64,000 nt of DNA from a bacterium (GTDB lineage: Bacteria > CLD3 > SB21), in assembly GCA_013360215.1 (NCBI GenBank), contig JABWCP010000002.1:62001-126000 (forward strand), given 5' to 3'. The notes beneath the pieces are model-generated. The model made no database searches, was not told the origin of the DNA, and saw only the letters and a list, made by a program, of their open reading frames with translations. The position numbers were made by a program, and so were the translations under genes. Shown piece after piece: positions 59,555-64,000 of the stretch. How positions within the stretch are numbered: position 1 is the first letter of the stretch; each line of letters opens with the position of its first letter.

Positions 59555-62500
59555 ATGAATAACCCTGGAAGTCTAATTATCTATCGAGCTTCGGCAGGAT
59601 CCGGCAAAACTTTCGTTTTGGTGCGCGATTATCTTAAAATCACTCTGGGTAAACCTGAGCAATTTCGTCATATTCTCGCTATTACGTTTACAAATAAAGC
59701 CGCCCAAGAAATGAAAATCCGGATTATTGAGGCGCTGCGAACTTTTTCTTCCGACCATACATTATCGACATCGGACCAGCATTTATTTGAATATTTACGT
59801 AATTCTCTGGGTTTTTCAGATGAACAATTGAGAACTGCCGCTCAAAAACTTTTAATTACCATTCTGCATGAATATAGCGATTTTGCTGTTTCGACCATTG
59901 ACAGTTTTATGCAACGCATATTGAAGGCATTTGCTGCTGATACTGGGCTTCCGATCAGCTTTTCGATGGAACTCGACAGCATGCGGATTGCTAAGTCTAT
60001 TTTAGAACGACTATATAATGCGATTGACCAGAACGAAGAATTATCCGATTTCCTCATCCAATGGGCACAAGAACGGTCCAGCGAGGGTAAAACACATAAT
60101 TTAGACGGCGAATTATTGCGTTTTATCCCCATAATTTTTGAAGAAAATCATGCTGCTCCTTTAGAACGAATCAAAACGCATGAATTGATTGATTTCGTGC
60201 GTTTACGCAATACAATACGCCATCAAATGTCAAGCATTACTCTGGAATGGCAGAATAAACTAAAACAAATAGTTGATGAAATTGTGTCGTTAGGATTAAC
60301 TGATGAGGATTTTTATAGAAAATCAAAAGGTGTATTTTCGTTCATTAAAAAAAGCTTTGAAAATCCATTTAACATAGAGCCTAATCAATACGTCGTTGCG
60401 GCCTTAACCGATCGTTCGTTGGTACATCCTGATTCTTCGAAAAAAGACATTTTAAAAACTATTGAACATAAAATATTACAATTAATTGACCAGTACTTGA
60501 CGGTTCAAAAAAAAATCACTTCTTATGATTTGATAAATAAAGCGTTACCGCAACTAACTTTAATGCGGACATTCACCGAACTTTACGATCAATTCCGTGA
60601 CGAAGAACTTACGATACATATTTCAGAAGTAAATCATCGTATAAACAAAATCGTTCGTAGTGAGCCGGTTCCGTACATATATGAATTTATTTCGTCTAAA
60701 TATAATCACTTTTTTTTGGACGAATTTCAAGATACCTCTGCTATGCAATGGCAAAACTTAGTACCGTTGATTCATGAAAGCCTCTCTTACGGCACGTATC
60801 GACACAACTTGATCGTCGGTGACGTCAAACAATCCATCTACCGCTGGCGTGGTGGCCGCGCTGAGATATTAGCAAATCTACCCTATCTTACCGAAAAAAT
60901 TAAACTCGAACTAGAAGAAGGCGACGCCATTGAGTCTAAGTTTTTAGAAACGTATAACATCGTCAACCTTAATACAAACTATCGAAGTAAGGAAGTAATA
61001 GTTAATTTTAACAATCGTTTTTTTGAATTCTTAAAAACATCGCCCTGGTTCAAATTCAATCATTACTATGATCAATGTGCGCAGGAAACCGCCCATTCGC
61101 AAACTGGGGGTTATGTCAAAATTGAATTTTTGACTCAAAATGACAGTAATAGCGAATTGTACTACGAAACCGCTCTTAAAACTAAAAAAATAATACAAAC
61201 GTGTTGTGAAGAGTTAAAATACTCCCCTCACGACATTGCCATTCTCGTTCGATCTCAGCACGAAGCTATTGCGATCTCTGATATTTTATCAGAATACCAA
61301 ATTCCCATCACAACTGAAGAATCCCTATTACTTAGAAACGCTCCCAAAGTTCGATACTTAATTGCATTTTTGCATTGGGTCCACAATCCAAAAAACAAAA
61401 ACCATCTTGTCACTTGGCTGACTTTGGCAGCGCAGTTAACACATAGACATCAAGACTTTTTTGAAAACATATTTTTAATCGGGTACTCTTCCCAATCTAT
61501 TCCTGAAGTTTTTGATTTCGTCATCAATGAATTAAAATTGGATACATCAATAAGAAAAATCAACGAACAACCATTACACGAGGCGCTGCTAACCCTCATA
61601 TATGCAAGTCATCACATCATTGGTACAACGGACCAATTTGTCGAGTGTTTTGTAAATATGGCTTTAGAATACGCACAAACACAGTCCTTGTTATTAAATG
61701 AATTTTTGAATTATTGGGAGGAAAACCACGAAACACTTGCGTTACGAAATGACGGTTTACGTAGCGGTGTTCGCATCATGACGGTACATAAATCAAAAGG
61801 ATTAGAATTTCCGGTAGTTATTATTCCCATTGCTGACTGGTCACTTAGTTCGACCGGGAAAAATAAATTATGGGTTAATACTGATCCCGAGCGCTTTTTT
61901 GGTATGGATACGCTACTTATTCCAGAAGTAAAAAAAATTCAAAACTCTGATTTTTATGAGTTTTATAAAAATGAAAATGAATTATTGCAACTGGATGCGA
62001 TAAACCTTTTGTACGTCGCGATGACACGGAGCCGTGATCAACTCTATGTCATGTGTCCTACTACAACCACCAATGCGTCAAAAGAACACGTTCAGAATGT
62101 TGGCGAAATTATAAACCAATTTGTTATTCATGAATTCGGTCAGATAAATACATATGAAGCAGGTAGCCTCACCTATGCGAATCAAACGCAGTACGTAAAG
62201 GAACAGGAGAAGAGCTTCGTATATACGCATAACGAAGCCGTTAAAGATAAACCATGGCGTTCTTGGATCCAATTACAAAGCCGATTTGACAGCTCAAGCG
62301 AAATAGATACAATATGGGACGGTGATAAAAACACACGCTGGGGTAACCTCATTCATTACGTTCTTGTACAAATGTCTAGATCTGAAGATCTGATGATGGC
62401 AATTGAACACTTTAAAAAAATAAGCCTCGTAAATGAGGAAGAAGCGCATCATATCCACACTGTTCTTACAAGGTTTTTTGAAAATAAATCAATTGTAACG

Positions 62501-62755
62501 CTGTTTGACGCTAAAGCATCCATTATTCGTGAATCCGAATTTTTTGATAATGAAGGTCGTTTGCGACGATTTGATCGTATGCAAATCGAAGATGACCGTA
62601 TCACGATTATTGATTTTAAAACAGGGCAAAAAAAAGATTCGCATGTAACACAAATGCAATCATACATGAAACCGTTTGTTCAAATTCATCACAGAAAAGT
62701 ACAAGGTGCACTGCTTTATATAGATCCTCCCGAGATCGTTGAGGTACATCTATGA
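59555..62755 (+). CDS. addA: AddA/RecB-like UvrD helicase-nuclease
   Basis: ASAGSGKT, TFTNKAA, DEFQD, VGDVKQSIYRWR, TVHKSKGLEF, LYVAMTR, C-terminal DR..IIDFKTG. Confidence 0.88.
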   Translation: MNNPGSLIIYRASAGSGKTFVLVRDYLKITLGKPEQFRHILAITFTNKAAQEMKIRIIEALRTFSSDHTLSTSDQHLFEYLRNSLGFSDEQLRTAAQKLLITILHEYSDFAVSTIDSFMQRILKAFAADTGLPISFSMELDSMRIAKSILERLYNAIDQNEELSDFLIQWAQERSSEGKTHNLDGELLRFIPIIFEENHAAPLERIKTHELIDFVRLRNTIRHQMSSITLEWQNKLKQIVDEIVSLGLTDEDFYRKSKGVFSFIKKSFENPFNIEPNQYVVAALTDRSLVHPDSSKKDILKTIEHKILQLIDQYLTVQKKITSYDLINKALPQLTLMRTFTELYDQFRDEELTIHISEVNHRINKIVRSEPVPYIYEFISSKYNHFFLDEFQDTSAMQWQNLVPLIHESLSYGTYRHNLIVGDVKQSIYRWRGGRAEILANLPYLTEKIKLELEEGDAIESKFLETYNIVNLNTNYRSKEVIVNFNNRFFEFLKTSPWFKFNHYYDQCAQETAHSQTGGYVKIEFLTQNDSNSELYYETALKTKKIIQTCCEELKYSPHDIAILVRSQHEAIAISDILSEYQIPITTEESLLLRNAPKVRYLIAFLHWVHNPKNKNHLVTWLTLAAQLTHRHQDFFENIFLIGYSSQSIPEVFDFVINELKLDTSIRKINEQPLHEALLTLIYASHHIIGTTDQFVECFVNMALEYAQTQSLLLNEFLNYWEENHETLALRNDGLRSGVRIMTVHKSKGLEFPVVIIPIADWSLSSTGKNKLWVNTDPERFFGMDTLLIPEVKKIQNSDFYEFYKNENELLQLDAINLLYVAMTRSRDQLYVMCPTTTTNASKEHVQNVGEIINQFVIHEFGQINTYEAGSLTYANQTQYVKEQEKSFVYTHNEAVKDKPWRSWIQLQSRFDSSSEIDTIWDGDKNTRWGNLIHYVLVQMSRSEDLMMAIEHFKKISLVNEEEAHHIHTVLTRFFENKSIVTLFDAKASIIRESEFFDNEGRLRRFDRMQIEDDRITIIDFKTGQKKDSHVTQMQSYMKPFVQIHHRKVQGALLYIDPPEIVEVHL

Positions 62756-64000
62756 ACGCATTTCTTGATGATATAGCAACCTATTTACTCAAAGATTCCT
62801 CAGCAAATTTAAATGATCGTTGTGTTATTTTTCAAAACCAACGCGCGAAATTGTATTTCAAAAAGTATGTCGGTCAAAGAGCCCTGCCCGGCTTGATATT
62901 ACCTGAAATGTTAACCATCGAAGAATTAGCCGAACGTTTATCGGGTAAACGTATTACGGATAATTTTGATCTTTTGATTGAGTTGTATTTATGCCACCAA
63001 AAGTTGAACCAGCCTGAAACTTTTATAAAATTTTATGATCTAGGTTTAAAAATTATAGAAGATTTTAGCGATATGGATATGTATGCCGTTGATCCGGCCA
63101 AGTTATTTATAAATCTTGATTACCTGAAATCAACTGAATTTTGGGATAAAAACGATGAAGATTTAACCGCTTTACAACTACGACAAAAGAACTTTTGGAA
63201 ATATCTGTTCGCTCTGCATAATGAATTTAAACGTGTGCTTGAAAAAAAAGGTAAAGCCTACGCCGGTATGGCTTATCGCGAAGCCGCCAATCAAATTCGC
63301 AGTCATAACTACACTTTACCTTGGTCAAAAGTATTTTTTGCGGGAATTAATGCGCTCAGTTTATGCGAGGAAGAAATAATTGATCATCTACTAAGAAGAA
63401 AACAGGCAGAAATTTTTTGGGATGCCGATGTTTTTTACATTAATCAGAAGCACCATGAAGCCGGTAACTTCATTCGTCGTTATATCAAAAAATGGTCTGA
63501 AACAGATAAACATTGGATCGGAGATCGTCTATCACGCGATAATAAAACGATACGCATCACACGCGCCTCTCAAAATAGTGCACAAGCACGCGCAGCGATT
63601 ATTGCTCTGAAAGAAAGTGTAAAAAATAAAACGGCATCCATTGCCGTCGTATTAGGTGATGAATCTCTTTTAATACCTGTTTTGGAAGAATTGCCGGAAA
63701 GCTTAACTAAATCAGCACGCATCAATGTAAGTATGGGTTATCCCCTTTCCATGACGACGATTTATAGTTTCATGATGTGTGTACTACAACTGCATGCCGA
63801 TGCATTATCAAATCAAACAAAACGAAAAGAATATTCATTTTTAAATCAACACGTAATTCAATTTTTTTCGTTATCCTTAGTTCGCAATTTAATTAAAGAT
63901 AAGGTTTACGCTATACACGAGGCCATCATACGACAAAATTCAACTAAAATATCGTCTGAATTTATTCAGTCACTTACAAAGCTACCATCTTTAAAGCTTG
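62752..64000 (+). CDS. addB: AddB-like protein (5' part; runs off window end)
   Basis: Not in ORF track. ATG overlaps the addA stop: MNAFLDDIATYLL...VIFQNQRAKLYF, DFSDMD.Y, YAGMAYR, FAGINALS..E, NVSMGYPL. Confidence 0.75.
   Translation, partial: MNAFLDDIATYLLKDSSANLNDRCVIFQNQRAKLYFKKYVGQRALPGLILPEMLTIEELAERLSGKRITDNFDLLIELYLCHQKLNQPETFIKFYDLGLKIIEDFSDMDMYAVDPAKLFINLDYLKSTEFWDKNDEDLTALQLRQKNFWKYLFALHNEFKRVLEKKGKAYAGMAYREAANQIRSHNYTLPWSKVFFAGINALSLCEEEIIDHLLRRKQAEIFWDADVFYINQKHHEAGNFIRRYIKKWSETDKHWIGDRLSRDNKTIRITRASQNSAQARAAIIALKESVKNKTASIAVVLGDESLLIPVLEELPESLTKSARINVSMGYPLSMTTIYSFMMCVLQLHADALSNQTKRKEYSFLNQHVIQFFSLSLVRNLIKDKVYAIHEAIIRQNSTKISSEFIQSLTKLPSLKL

Noticed and set aside
1-64000. CRISPR array, rRNA, IS transposase, riboswitch
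   Set aside because: No regularly spaced repeats, rRNA-like tracts or transposase ORFs seen. No cobalamin riboswitch or PyrR attenuator recognised by eye; a covariance-model search was not possible.

Overview
Chromosomal window from a diderm bacterium, probably FCB group (inferred from a 'LDQNYPNPFNP..IYNMLGQEVKTLV' FlgD/T9SS-like C-terminal domain, DUF2911, BatA and Bacteroidota-type AddAB). Most of it is housekeeping or envelope genes: ccmH/ccmF, an adenylate cyclase, an Omp85/BamB-like operon with ispH, three sensor kinases, two VPS10/BNR proteins, plsY, pirin, a circularly permuted ATP-grasp gene with ybdK and pspA, pyrR, lolCDE and addAB. Three structures missing from the ORF track stand out. 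(1) A host tRNA-Thr(CGU) gene is split at the anticodon arm (5' half 43680-43716, 3' half 44816-44850) by a 1.1-kb integrase-less insert bounded by an 11-bp direct repeat. The insert carries its own intact, sequence-distinct tRNA-Thr(CGU) on the opposite strand under a near-consensus promoter. (2) A 5.3-kb integrase-less island is bounded by a perfect 21-bp direct repeat (4194-4214 / 9498-9518) that duplicates the first 7 codons of a host gene. It carries a modular fibre-like protein and a secreted alpha/beta hydrolase. (3) A XerCD dif-like site lies at 48447-48474, suggesting the window spans the replication terminus. Product calls come from motif recognition by eye; no searches were run.
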